A program made the translations under genes and the position numbers. The notes below the pieces were generated by a model. The model was not told where the DNA came from. It saw nothing but the letters and a program-made list of their open reading frames with translations, and searched no databases. This document shows, in pieces, positions 26,480-40,021 of a stretch of DNA of 64,000 nucleotides. Numbering within the stretch: the first letter of the stretch is position 1; every line of letters begins with the position of its first letter. Origin of the DNA: Octopus vulgaris (taxonomy: Eukaryota); assembly GCA_951406725.2 (NCBI GenBank), contig OX597819.1, positions 128,402,001 through 128,466,000 on the forward strand, given 5' to 3'.

Positions 26480-26865
26480 TACCGCCCTGGAAAAATTGCT
26501 TAGCGGAATTTCTTCCGACTTAATGTTCTGAGACAAATGTCACTGGGGTTGGCTTTCCCCTTCATGCTATCGAGGTCGATAAAATAAGTACCAGCTGAGT
26601 ACTAGGGGTCGGTATAATCGACTGTCCCCCTCCCTTGAAATGCTGGCTTTGTGTGGCAAAGTTTAAAATCAATATTATAGTCTTCAAATCGTTAGCTTGC
26701 CGGGCAAAGTGCTAGGCGGCATTTCGTCCGTCTTTAGTAAAGGTCGACTTTGCATTTCATCCTTTCGGGGTCGATAAAAAAATACCAGTTGAACACTGGG
26801 ATCGATGTAACCGATTTACACTTTCCCCCGAAATTACTGGCCTTGTGCCAAAATTTGAAACCGAT
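26480..26865 (+). mobile_element. Two older Meta-domain-like SINE copies
   Basis: GGTCGATAAAATAAGTACCAG core at ~26575 and ~26770. Confidence 0.7.
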
Positions 26866-27206
26866 GTTACAGTCTTCGACATTCAAAGTGTTCGGGCTTT
26901 CAAGTGTTCCATATTAGGATTTTTCGGTTATTTGAAATTCGGCTTTCTTCCATTTCCCCCAATGATTCAAAGCCTATAAATAAATAACAGAAACTTGATA
27001 AATATTCAAAAGATGTCACCCAAGATTCATTGTTTTATTCACGAGAATTCACGAGAATCCTCGCGAACTAAACGAGTCTGTGTTTTCCAAAATGGAGGCG
27101 AACACCTTTCTCCATATGATCGGCTTGAAAAATTAAGACACTAGGATACATTTCTACTTTTCTTAACATGAAAACAATGGTAGCCTTAATTCACAAATAA
27201 AGAAAT

Positions 27207-27531
27207 TATATCCACCAATGCAGTGTTGAGCACTCATTTTCATCGTTCGACATTTACGTATATATACACACATATAACATACACATATATCTGCATATAC
27301 ATACATATATATATACATTAATTGTTATCGCCATATTAATATGGCAGTCTTATAGATATAAGACTAAAGCTGTCGCTGATTAGCTCCATGAGGCCATCGC
27401 CTTAAGCTAGCTATTTGACACACAAACTGTGTCCATTATAACCTTATATATATGTGTATGTTATATGTGTGTATATATACGTAAATGTCGAACGATGAAA
27501 ATGAGTGCTCAACACTGCATTGGTGGATATA
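27207..27531. repeat. Perfect 84-bp inverted repeat enclosing a palindrome-rich spacer
   Basis: 27207-27290 is the exact reverse complement of 27448-27531; spacer holds GCCATATTAATATGGC (27330-45), AGTCTTATA-GA-TATAAGACT (27346-65) and GACACA..TGTGTC (~27417-33). Confidence 0.9.
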
Positions 27532-28529
27532 TATACACACACACAAACACACACACGCATATATATAAACCTCTTTCTGGCTAATATCCCAGACGAAGCT
27601 ACGTGAAAGAATGAAGCACCGATGAGAGCTATGGTTTCCTACTTTTACCAAAAGAACAGCCATCCACACAGAGAGAGAGAGCTGGGCAAATGAAATAAAA
27701 GCAATAGAATTCAAATTTTGCCCCTTATATATTTAAACGTCATCAATCACACGACGTTCATTTTGTTTTGTGACGTGTGCATATTTTCTCTATGTTTATT
27801 TTAGCGCCTTGTGCTGTATTATGAGTAATGCTTCCATCATTAATCGCGTATCTATTGTTGTGTGGTTCCGCATAGTATGGCTACGTTAACCACAAATGTC
27901 TTCCTATCTAACTTTGTTTTGTGTTGTGTGACGTTGTGTCTTTCAATTGTTCCTTTTGTCTGGGGATCCTACGAGAGGATGTTGTACTTGTTTGGGCAAC
28001 GAACAGCCGGAGTCATGAAGTTTACAACTGCTTCTAATCGTATTTATAAATTACATTGTTGTTGATAAGGTTTTTTATTTCATTTCAACATTTTTGTAAT
28101 GGTTTTATGGTTGTTATTTTATAGTTTTGTGGGATGCGTTTTATGTTCCGTTTCATGAGCGGTTTTTAGAGTGTTAGTATGTATTTGATTCATACAATAT
28201 ATTTTATGTAGGACTTGTCAACTTTATGGTGTGTAACGCCTAATATATTTGTGTTTTATGCACATATATTCTGTAGCTCGATCTACTAAGTCTATTAAAA
28301 TATGCTTTGTTAATTAGCGGTTGTTTTATTCAATGGGTTTCTTTAATTAGATCTTCGTTTGTAGGTGAGAACCTACACGAACTTATATATTGGGTTTTTA
28401 CCACTGGTAATTTGTAGAGGTGTAGACATTCGCTGTCAAAATGTAGATATTATATCTTTATTTATGTCTCTGGTGTTCATGGATGCGATGCATCTGTTCC
28501 TTTCTCTCTGGATCTTTATTAGAAGAGAT

Positions 28530-28761
28530 TCTCTCTCTTTACTCTTTTTCTTGTTTCAGTCATTTGACTGCAGCCATGCTGAAGCACCGCCTTTAATCGA
28601 GCAACTCGACCCCGGAACTTATTCTTTGAATAGCCCAGTACTTATTCTATCGGTCTCTTTTGCCGAACCGCTAAGTGACGGAGACATAAACACACCAACA
28701 TCGGTTGTCAAGCAATGCTAGAGGGGGGCAAACACAGACACACAAACATACACGTACACAC

Positions 28762-28856
<95 letters not shown>

Positions 28857-29023
28857 TATGACGGGCTTCTTTCAGTTTCCGTCTACCAAATCCACTCACA
28901 AGGCTTTGGTCGGCCCGAGGCTATAGTAGAAGACACTTGCCCAAGGTGCCACGCAGTGGGAATGAACCCGGAACCATTTGGTTCGTAAGCAAGCTACTTA
29001 CCACACAGCCACTCTTACGCCTA
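28530..29023 (-). mobile_element. CORE-type SINE (OR2-like) with expanded internal (TA)n
   Basis: Same head and tail as 2011-2413. Confidence 0.85.
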
Positions 29024-29719
29024 TGTTAAATTTTAGTTATAAAGTTATTTACTAGATATTCATTTCATTTCTCGATGTCGTCTGCAATATTCAGTTCAAC
29101 AGATATAAATACTTGAACATGCTTAAAGCTAGGAGAGATTCTCTCCTCTTGAGTATCAGTCTCCAGAGCAACCACGTGATTGTAGTTCTAGTATTACCGA
29201 CAGTAGTGAAGGCGGCAGAATCGTAGCATGCCGGGCGAAATGCTTAGCGGCATTTCATCCGTTCAAATTCCGCCGAGGTCAACTTTGCCTTTCATCCCTT
29301 TCGGGCTTTCGGGGTCGATAAATTAAGTACCAGTCAAGCACTGAGGCTGAAATAGCTGGCCTTGTGGCAAAATTTGAAATCAATATTATCAACAGAAGCT
29401 GGTGGCAGGTTGTTGCGGCGAGATAGAAATAAAGAATACCGACCTTAAATCATCCCGACGAATAACACAACATCAAAATGTAGACAGAAATTTCCATTTT
29501 GCACCCTGGAAGGACGTACATACATACATACATACATGGTGGCTGCCCCCTCGTTATCGAGTATGGCCATTGCACGAAGCTTAATCGATGTTGTTATCGT
29601 GCAATGCCTGTGCAAGAAGATATTTTTTATGAAGTGAAGAAAGGTCGTGCACTGAGCCAATCCCACTCACTAAACAACAGCAGCCATAATCCGGAAAGAA
29701 GAACAAGTCAACATCATCG

Positions 29720-30092
29720 GTAACCACTGAGCCGTAGGTTTTATGTCGGAGTTATCCCAGTTACCTGAGTTACCTTCTCCTAGAAGGATGCCCTAACAAA
29801 GCCTAGGAGTCCTTCACTCCCAATGGTTTAATCGCGCGATCGGGTATTCAGTCCGATTATTTCTATGTCCCCGCGCATGATACAGCTTTAAGACATATAT
29901 TGGATGGCCGTTGACTCTCAAGAGTTCCTCTGCCCTTTGACGGGTTTTGTTTTTCATCCCGCATGGTGACCAATGAACACCCTCCTCACCAAGCAAGCTT
30001 GGTGGGGTTGCCGGTTTAGTTGCCGACGACCCGACCATGCAACAGGTTGTACTGGGTTACATGTTACCAGTAGCACTCGAAAGTGACCTGTC
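29720..30092 (-). mobile_element. Probable LINE 5' region remnant abutting the (ATAC)n array
   Basis: GC-rich non-coding block with internal hairpin CTCACCAAGCAAGCTTGGTGGG, directly joined to the microsatellite; family not securely assigned. Confidence 0.35.
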
Positions 30093-30253
30093 ATTCATAC
30101 ATACATTCATACATTCATACATACATGCATACATACATTCATACATTCATACATACATACATACATACATACATACATACATTCATACATACATGCATAC
30201 ACACACACATACATACATACATACATACATGCATGCATACACACATACATACA

Positions 30254-30285
<32 letters not shown>

Positions 30286-31100
30286 CATGCATGCATACAT
30301 GCATGCATACACACACAAACACATACATACATACATTCATACATACATGCATGCATACACACATACATACATACATACATTCATACATACATACGTACAT
30401 TCATACATACATACATACATACATACATACATTCGTACATACATGCATACACACATACATACATACATACATACATACATACATTCATAAATACAAACAT
30501 ACATACATACATTCATACATACATACATACATTCATACATACATGCATACATTCATACATACATGCATGCATACACACATACATACATACATTCATACAT
30601 ACATACATACATACATGCATACATACACACACACATACATACATACATACATACATACATACATACATACATACATACATACATACATGCATACATACAC
30701 ACACACATACATAGATACATACATACATACATGCATACATACATGCATACATACACACACACATACATACATACATACATACATACATACATACATTCAT
30801 AAATACAAACATACATACATACATTCATACATACATACATACATTCATACATACATTCATAAATACATACATACATACATTCATACATGCATGCATACAT
30901 ACATACATACATGCATGCATACATACATACATACATACATTCATGCATACACATAAATACATACATACATACATTCATACATACATGCATACATACATAC
31001 ATACATTCATACATACATACATACATTCATACATACACACACACATACATACATACATACATACATACATGCATGCATACATACATTCATACATACATAC
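30092..31100. repeat. ~1-kb degenerate (ATAC)n tetranucleotide array
   Basis: ATAC with ATTC/ATGC/ACAC variants; source of the HTYI/MYVC ORFs. Confidence 0.97.
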
Positions 31101-31531
31101 ATGTGTTGTGCATGTGTGTGTGTGTCGTTCCTGTATCTCTTATATATTATATTTGTGCTTATGTTACATCATTCTATATTGTGTCTAGATAAAATGCAAT
31201 CAAAGTGAGTTCTAGGAGGAAGCCTATGGTTGCTCCAACATTTTGAGTTATAAATTACCCCACGAACACCGAAAAGGTATTTCCGTTGTATATGTCACTT
31301 ATTTCATTGTTCCACAAACTACATACAAACAGGCATGCGCGCGCAAACATACACATGCACACACACACACATAGACACATGCACACAGACATAGACACAC
31401 ACACAGCATATAATATATATATATGCACACACACACATATATACACATATGTATATACCTATATATATATACATACACACAGAGACGTACATACACTACA
31501 AACACACATGTATTTATATATTTATATATTA

Positions 31532-32052
31532 CTAGCAGTATCGCCCGGCGTTGCTCGGGTTTGTAAGGGAAATAACTATATAAGCATTTTTAGAGAGTTA
31601 CTTCCCTTATAGATGCCAATTCGGGCTTTCTTAGCCATTTCTGTTTTGGTGTCTTCAAGCCATGAAGTCGTTGTTCTAAAAGAACGCTGGTCTCCTTGAC
31701 AACGCTTTACGACGTTGATTTCCTTACACTCCCTTCCCCACAGCTTCACGAGGGAAGGAAGAAGGGGGAGAAGGAAACAGGTGCTGGCGTGACCATGGAC
31801 GCCAACTCCGCCGCCATCGACACACGAAAAAATATGCATTAAAATGGAATAAAAAATTATGTTAAATTATTTTTAAAATCGTAGACTCATCATAGACGCG
31901 CGCTAATACTCAGATGGGCTTGATATGAATCACGACTATAAGATACCCGAATTTGGTTAAACTGCACCGCAAAATGTGGGAGTAGTTAGGAATCTAAATC
32001 GAAGGGGACAGACACTCACACAACTACAGTTTTATATATATAAATATATAGA
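31532..32052 (-). mobile_element. Non-autonomous Helitron
   Basis: Minus strand starts TCTATATA.. and ends with hairpin CCCGAGCAACGCCGGG then ...CTGCTAG|T, the canonical TC...hairpin-CTRR ends. Confidence 0.8.
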
Positions 32053-32061
32053 CATTATATA

Positions 32062-32475
32062 TAGTGGCTGTGTGGTAAGTAGGTTGCTTACCAGCCACAT
32101 GGTTCCGGGTTCAGTCCCACTGCGTGGCACCTTGGGAAAATGTCTTCTACTATAGCCTCGGGCCGACCAGTGCCTTGTGAGTGGATTTGGTAGACGGAAA
32201 CTGAAAAAAAGCCTGTCGTATATATGTATATATATGTATGTGTGTGTGTTTGTGTGTCTGTGTTTGTCCCCCAACATCCCTTGATGTTGATGTAAACACA
32301 CCAACCGATGCTGGTGTCCCCGTAACTTAGCGGTTTGGCAATAGAGACCGATAGAATAAGTACTAGGCTTGCAAAGAATAAGTCCCGGGGTCGATTTGCT
32401 CGACTAAAGGCGGTACTCCAGCATGACCGCAGTCAAATGACTGAAACAAGTAAAAGAGTAAAGAGAGTAAAGAGT
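32062..32475 (+). mobile_element. CORE-type SINE (OR2-like)
   Basis: Plus-strand copy with (AAGAGT)n tail. Confidence 0.85.
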
Positions 32476-32488
32476 ATTATATTTGTAA

Positions 32489-32891
32489 CTAGCAATATCG
32501 CCCGGCGTTGCTCGGGTTTGTAAGGGAAATAACTATATAAGCATTTTTAGAGAGTTGTAGCCAAAAACTAGCAAAAGAAATGCATTAAAAATGGAAAAAA
32601 AATTATGGTAAATTTTTTTTTTAAATCGTTGACTCATCGTAGACATTTTTAGAGAGTTACTTCCCTTATATAATAGCGAAAAAAATGCATTAAAATGGAA
32701 AAAAATGATGGTAAATTTTTTTTTAATCGTAGACTCATTGTAGACGCGCGCTAATACCCAGAATGGCTCGATATGAATCACGACTATAAGATACCCGGTT
32801 TTGGTTAAACTGCACCGCAAAATGTGGGAGTAGTTAGGAATCTAAATCGTAGGAGATAGACAGCACACAACCTCACTTTTATATATAAAGA
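32489..32891 (-). mobile_element. Non-autonomous Helitron, related to 31532-32052, with internal duplication
   Basis: Same 3' hairpin and CTAG end and same 5' block; internal segment CATTTTTAGAGAGTT...GCATTAAAATGGAAAAAA..GGTAAATTTTTT..AATCGT.GACTCAT repeated twice. Confidence 0.8.
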
Positions 32892-33079
32892 TATATATGC
32901 TTTATAAATTATATTTTGCATGTTGCATACATTTATTATATATTTTAAATATATAAATATTATAGATACACATACGCATGCATGCACACACGCACAGACG
33001 CACACACACTACACACACACAGATACCTAACTACTTGCATACCTCCATACATGCACGTACATATGTATGTGTGTGTATC

Positions 33080-33630
33080 GTATTTCGTCTGCCGTTACGT
33101 TCTGAGTTCAAATTCCGCCGAGGTCGACTTTGCCTTTCATTCTTTCGGGGTCGATAAATTAAGTGCCAGTTACGCACTGGGGTCGATATGATCGACTTAA
33201 TCTGTTTGTCTCTCCTTGTTTGTCCCCTCTGTGTTTAGCCCCTTGTGGGTAGTAAAGAATTAGGTATTTCGTCTGCCGCTACGTTCTGAGTTCAAATTCC
33301 GCCGATGTCGACTTTACCTTTCATCCTTTCGGGGTTTATAAAATAAGTACCAGTTACGCACTGGGGTCGATATGATCGACTTAATCCGTTTGTCTCTCCT
33401 TGTTTGTCCTCTCTGTGTTTAGCCCCTTGTGGGTAGTAATGAAATAGGTATTTCGTCTGCCACTACGTTCTGAGTTCAAATTCCGCCGACGTCGACTTTG
33501 CCTTTCATCCTTTCGGGGTCGATAAATTAAGTACCAGTTACGCACTAGAGTCTATATAATCGACTTAATCTGTTTGTCTGTCCTTGTTTGTCCCCTCTGT
33601 GTTTAGCCCCTTGTGGGTAGTAAAGAAATA
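33080..33630 (+). repeat. Tandem trimer of head-less 184-bp SINE units
   Basis: TATTTCGTCTGCC recurs at 33081, 33265 and 33449 (period 184); flanked by ATGTATGTGTGTGTAT at 33063-33078 and 33631-33646. Confidence 0.9.
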
Positions 33631-34449
33631 ATGTATGTGTGTGTATATATGTATATATGTATAGCTTTATACGTATGTACATGTACGTGTATATATACAT
33701 GTGTGTGTGCGTGTTCGCGCATGCGTGTGTGCGTGCGCGTGTGAATGTAGGCAGTAGATTATCAGAATTTATTAGAGCGTAACTGTTGCAGCATTTCCTT
33801 ACGTTCTGAGTTCGAATCCCGCTCAGTTCAATTTTACTTTTCATATTTCCGGGAGTGATAAAATAACTGTTTGTTAAATATTTTTGTTCATCTAACCTCT
33901 GCTCCAAAATTTCCGATTTTGTGACTATTTTAAAAATGATAAATAGACAGGCAAGCAGACAGACAGACAGACGTGTGATTGGACAAACGAAAGAAAGAGG
34001 AACTCTACACATTTTGTTGGATTTACGTATATTATTATTTAAAAAAAACGGTTTGATTCGGGCCCCATAGAACTTAAGGTATCGTAGGCTTTTAACGGGA
34101 ACCTAGCTCGTCAGGCCCCATATTTTCCGACATATAGGCGCACTATTTTCTCCAAAACGTATCCTCAAAAAAATCACCCTGCTTTTTATATGCTGAAAAT
34201 CAGGTTTTAGGTAAACTTAAGTAACTTACAAGTGCTGTGGTAGGCCTACTGGCATCTATTTTTAGAATGGTTAGCAATTAAATATAGTAAATTAAAAATA
34301 TAGCTATACACATGCAGTTATAGTAATGAATTAAAAATATATTTATTCAGTGTATTATAATCAAATCTGTGTCTCCAGCAGCTGTGTGTTTGTTCACATG
34401 AGAGAATCGTTAACATTAGTTATTAATTAACGCAGTACATACCAGGAGT

Positions 34450-34832
34450 GGAGGCGCAATGGCCCAGTGGTTAGGGCAGCGGACTCGCGGTCATAGGATC
34501 GCGGTTTCGATTCCCAGACCGGGCGTTGTGAGTGTTTATTGAGCGAAAACACCTAAAAGCTCCACGAGGCTCCGGCAGGGTATGGTGGTGATCCCTGCTG
34601 TACTCTTTCACCACAACCTTCTCTCAATCTTACTTTCTGTTTCTCTTGTACCTGTATTTCAAGGGGCCGGCCTTGTCACTCTCTGTGTCACGCTGAATAT
34701 CCCCGAGAACTACGTTAAGGGTACACGTGTCTGTGGAGTGCTCAGCCACTTACACGTTAATTTCATGAGCAGGCTGTTCCGTTGATTCGGATCAACCGGA
34801 ACCCTCATCGTCGTAACCGACGGGGTGCTTCC
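34450..34832 (+). mobile_element. tRNA(Arg)-derived SINE, copy 2
   Basis: Near-identical to 915-1292; 13-bp TSD ACATACCAGGAGT at 34437-34449 and 34833-34845. Confidence 0.9.
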
Positions 34833-34978
34833 ACATACCAGGAGTACTTCTTTGATATAAATTACCACTTCGGAAACTTTTATTAAAAAAAATTGGTGTG
34901 AGGAGGAATTGTAAAGAATAATCAAGGGGTCTAAAGTTTAGGTAGCCGCTGACCAGTAGCGGTATTTGTTTTGGTAGT

Positions 34979-35212
34979 AAGGCGGTCGAGCTGGCAGAAA
35001 CGTTAGCACGCCGGGCGAAATGCGTAGCCGTATTTCGTCAGCTGTTACGTTCTGAGTTCAAATTCCGCCGAGGTCGACTTTACCTTTTATTATTTCGGGG
35101 TCGATAAATTAAGTACCAGTTACGCACTGGGGTCGATATAATCGACTTTATCCGTTTGTCTGTCCTTGTTTGTCCCTTCTGTGTTTAGCCCCGTGTGGGT
35201 AGCAAAGAAATA
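34979..35212 (+). mobile_element. Young full-length Meta-domain-like SINE
   Basis: 18-bp TSD GGTATTTGTTTTGGTAGT at 34961-34978 and 35213-35230. Confidence 0.9.
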
Positions 35213-37248
35213 GGTATTTGTTTTGGTAGTTATGGCGTCGGTCTCAGTGTATACTCAGTGTACTCAGTGCCAGCGCTTACGCAGACAAATTTTAAAATTA
35301 TCAAAATCCCATTATGGAGTCAACGATACGACATGCCTACACAGTTTCGCAAAGGAACATAACAACCGAGCTGATGCAAGGCAATTCAGGCCTCTCCCTA
35401 AAGAGAAGATGGTCTGTGATTGGCGTAAACAAGAAAAGAAACTTCAGCAAACAGGAAGAATTAAACACCACCTTCGCAAACCGAAACCTAAATGGACGTA
35501 ACTTGAAAATGAGATAAAGACCTGGGTTTCAAATCAACGAAGCCAAGATATTTGCAGCGTCGGTGAAACAAATCATTTACGAAACCAAAGTAAGAGCGGC
35601 TGCAGGAGCTCATAATGATTTTTCTGGTGCTGCCAGGTGGTACTAAAGATTCATAAAACGAAACGGATTAGCCATGCGAACAAAAACAAAAATAGCACAC
35701 AAGAAAATAGCAGAGTATGAAATCAAAACTGGTGAGTTTCATCGATTTGCTTTAAATATCAGAAAAACAACAAATATTGAACTGGGACACATTGCAAATA
35801 TGGATAAAGCAGTCGTGAGGTTTCGTATACTGACCAATAAGTGTGTTGACGTGAAAGATAACAAAACTGTGACTATCAAAACCTGCGGTCGTGAGAAATG
35901 CCATTGTACATGTGCATTGGCCTGCACTGGTAACACCGAATTACCACCGTTGCTCATATTCAAACGGAAAACAATGCTGAAAGAAAATATTCCACCAGGT
36001 ATTATCATCCATGTTCACTCCAGATGATGGATGGATGAGGATGGAGTAAAATTCTGGTTAGAAACAATGGGGTCATGGTTTCTCGGTGGACTTCTCAAAA
36101 GCCATCGCTTGTTATGTTGAGTCAGTTCCGGGCTCGTGTAACAAAATCCATCAAGAGTAGAATAAACAGATTAAACATTCAACTGGCTGTAATACATGGA
36201 GATCAACTGCAACCTCTGGATTATCAATAAATCTTAATGACGATATGTGTAAAGAACAGAACAAATGGATAATATTCTAATCTGAGCAAACACCAACAGG
36301 CCGGATGAAGAAACTTACAACAGTTCAAGTTTACCAGTTGCTGGAAAATGCTTGGGGTCCAGTTAAAACAAAGACAATAGCAATTCTCTCGATGGTGCAG
36401 ATGATGGCTTTTTATGAGGATTCAGACACCTCTGACTCAGATGGCATTGATGATCCCGAGGAGGAGGGCATGGTTGAAGATACAGCGACAGTGAATTTGA
36501 TGAGCGTTACGTTATGATAAGTCAGTAATGGTTTTTGGTGGCGCTTTGAAAGTAATATATTAAAAATGGTTTTAACATTCTCACTTTTATCATACAAAAA
36601 TAGTTCATATTTTCTCGTGTTTTATACGTTTTAATAAATATAGGCAAAATATCTTTTTGCATTGTAAATATAATTCTTATCGTACTGTGTTGCTTGTGTT
36701 TACTGGCAGTTCATTATAATAAAATATGTATCACAATTCTCACAAATTTGTAGGAAAATAACTTAGATAATTAAGCAAACATATTCTAGTTACTAAGACT
36801 GCGAAACTACGGTAAATATTCAGCAGTACTCTTTCGTCATCGCAAGTTCTGATGATGCTACAACATCCAACCAAGCGATAGAGCGGTGTTAGTGGAAAAA
36901 ATAAAAAATGGATAAATTAGTAGAGATATTTAAAGAGAAGATTAAAATAACTCAAATATATATTCGTTCTGATAATTTCTCCAACGTGATTGGACTGGAG
37001 GACGTAATTGAATATATAACTGATAAGTAAATAGAACAATTACAAACTGTATAACAAAATGTATAAGGAACCGTAAAACGAAACTGCGAGTTTGGGGGAC
37101 TCGTAAGCCATCCCATTTCCCATTACACAGAACTCATCTCATATTCATTATTTGTTTTATGTACCCCAAATTTTGCAATGTTTGTATGTAATTGTAATGT
37201 CCACTCTATATTCAGGCTACATGCCTATAATAAAGAAAAAACCATGCT

Positions 37249-37633
37249 TACTCATTTACTTGTTTCAGTCATTTGACTGAGGCCATGCTGGAGCACCACC
37301 TTTAGTCGAGCAAATCGACCCCGGGACTTATTCTTTGTAAGCCCAGGACTTATTCTATCGACCTCTTTTGCCAAACCGCTAAGTGACAGGGACATAAACA
37401 CATCAGCATCGGTTGTCAAGCAATGCTAGGCGGACAAACACAAACACACAAACACACACATACATATATACGACAGGCTTCTTTCAGTTTCCGTCTATCA
37501 AATCCACTCACAAGACATTGGTCAGCCCGGGGCTATAGCAGAAGACACTTGCCCAAGATGCCACGCAGTGGGACTGAACCCGGAGCCATGTGGTTGGTAA
37601 GCAACCTACTTACCACACAGCCACTCCTGCGCC
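37249..37633 (-). mobile_element. CORE-type SINE (OR2-like)
   Basis: Colinear with 2011-2413. Confidence 0.85.
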
Positions 37634-38074
37634 TTGTCTACAAGTGATGATGGATGATGGTGCGTATTGCTTGAGCAATGATGATAACTTTATATTAGGG
37701 ATGGTAGTTAGTAGTATCAGCTGTGCTGATTCTTGATAATATTAATGGTGATTCTTGATAATTTTAGTGTTGTTGGTTGGTAGTTGCTAGTCTTATTAAC
37801 GATGGACAATACTGTAGAGGTCAGTGGCGATATTTGATAGAGTTAAGATAAGTAGTGTAACTCCGCTTACCATAATAGCTTACCAAAGAGCCTCAGTCTA
37901 AAAGTTCGTGGTTCTATGCATGAAGAAAATGTGTGAGATATACAGCTAGGGGACCCGAGGTTAGCTGCAGTTCTTTTTTTTTTTGTTTGTTTTTTTTCTT
38001 ACTTTAGACAAAATTGGGGTGAGCCTACCCGTGCACCTTCATTCCCGAATCCCGAAAATACGGCATACATACAT

Positions 38075-38088
38075 GCAGACAGACAGAC

Positions 38089-38120
<32 letters not shown>

Positions 38121-38322
38121 GCAGACAGGCAGGCAGGCAGACAGACAGACAGACAGACAGAAAGACAGACAGACAGACAGACTAACAGGCAGGCAGGCAG
38201 GCAGAGAGACAGGCAGACAGGCAGGCAGACAGACAGACAGATAGACAGACTGACAGGCAGGCAGGCAGACAGGCAGGCAGACATACAGACAGACAGGCAG
38301 GCAGTCAGACAGACAGACAGAC

Positions 38323-38362
<40 letters not shown>

Positions 38363-38382
38363 GGACGGACGGACGGACAGAC

Positions 38383-38420
<38 letters not shown>

Positions 38421-38453
38421 GGACGGACGGACGGACGGACGGACGGACGGACG

Positions 38454-38527
<74 letters not shown>

Positions 38528-38540
38528 TAGATGGATGGAT
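38075..38540. repeat. (GACA)/(GGCA)/(GGAC)n tetranucleotide array
   Basis: Direct reading. Confidence 0.95.
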
Positions 38541-39771
38541 ATACAGTCACATATTTAGAACGTTGCCACTCGTTTGCAATATGGTTACCTATCTCTCTAC
38601 TTCCTGTCTCGATCGCAAAACACCATTCCTAACAAGCTTGTTGGACAACCCGAGAGCAATACGATCCAATTTACATTTTACTTAACATGCAAGTCTTTGA
38701 GTGGATAAAAAAAGAATTCCAATTGAGATTTCTTTTGTTTTGTTCTTTAGTCCTTTTAGCATCTTAGTAATCTAAAGAGTCGACTTTTTCTCTTTGAAGC
38801 ACAAGCTTAAGATATAAAACAAAGAATTAACAAGAAAATATATAAAAGATGGATGATAAATAGAAGCAGAAGTAAGTCGTAAAATTATGATGGAGTGAGT
38901 GAAACGTTTACCATTATCAGTATCATTTCGTTTTGTCTTCGTCGCTCTTATCTTTCATTTCTTTTATTCTTGAAAGCCAGCTACAATTAGCAACAAGAAG
39001 ATGCCATCGTAAAACACTTAGGAGATGAAAAGAGACAAAAAACAAAACGAAGAACTTTTTTTTATTTATTTTTACTGTATTTTATTTATTTTAAAGAAAA
39101 AAAAACATTCGCTGAAGATTACAAAATATAACAAAAGAAGAAATGTAATTCGGTAAGAACTGAGACAACTCATAACAGCAATTCCCTTGACGTAGCCGCA
39201 GACTTGCGAAATCTATAAAGCAGTGAAGAAAATACCATTTTGTTATGATCTAAATTCAAAATCACAGCCATGGCTACTTCGACTTTCATTACTTCAAGTT
39301 AGACATAAAAAGAAAAATACTGGCCTAATGTAATCGAGTTTTATACTATGAGACGGTGCAGACACTACACCCTCAGACACCTTAGACGCATCTAGAAAAT
39401 GGGCCCTACAGCTGAAAGCCTAAATTTAATCACAGATACGCTCCTGTTTCTGACCCACGGACGTGTTTGTTTCATCTTCCTGCAACAATAATGGTCTATT
39501 CTTCTCAGAGATATTTGGTCTTATGCTAACATCCACGCAGACACTCTTACCTCATTCGTTGCTTTCTTCTCATACCGATATTTTGTTATGGTATAAATGG
39601 TTTTCAAGGAACCAGGATGGTGGTCACAGTATATAAATACATAAATACAGATACGTGTGTGTGTGTGTGTGTGTATGCGTGTACAAATACACGCACATAT
39701 ATACATGTATGTATGTGAGTTTATGTATGTACATATATCTGAATGTATATATATATATAGAGAGAGAGAGA

Positions 39772-39938
39772 CATTCTCTCCTTTTTTCTCTCCTTGTTTT
39801 TTTTTTTCTGTGTCCTTTTCTGTAGAAGAGCGTAGGCTCGAAACGTAAAATACTTTTTCTATTCCTGAGCGTTATACTAATACATCTGTTTGTTTTGTAC
39901 AGCACCTGTCTTCGTCTTTTGTTTTTTTCGTAAACTCT

Positions 39939-39941
<3 letters not shown>
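39772..39941 (+). ncRNA. Penelope-like mini module with variant hammerhead motif (39816-39850)
   Basis: TTTT-CTGTAGA-A-GAGC-GTAG-GCTC-GAAA-CG-TA-AAA, followed by TTCCTGAGCGT... and ending in (TA)n; paralog at 61480-61640. Confidence 0.55.
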
Positions 39942-40011
<70 letters not shown>

Positions 40012-40021
40012 TATACATATA

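Larger units (their letters stand above)
34116..36814 (+). mobile_element. pogo/Tigger (POGK-like, Brinker-DBD) DNA transposon, decayed, interrupted by two SINEs
   Basis: Termini CCATATTTTCCGACATATAGGCGCAC and GCGAAACTACGGTA; transposase remnants ~35280-36480: AKEHNNRADARQF..VCDWRKQ, CENP-B HTH-like segment, ANMDK, LPPLLIFKRKT, WMDE, LQPLD. Confidence 0.85.

Noticed and set aside
33080-33630. CRISPR-like array
   Set aside because: Whole 184-bp units repeat with no unique spacers; eukaryotic SINE sequence and no cas genes.
36799-36860. GAAAC-TACG-GTA ... CTGATGA as a permuted hammerhead
   Set aside because: Stems I and II do not pair adequately, and GAAACTACGGTA is better explained as the pogo right terminus.
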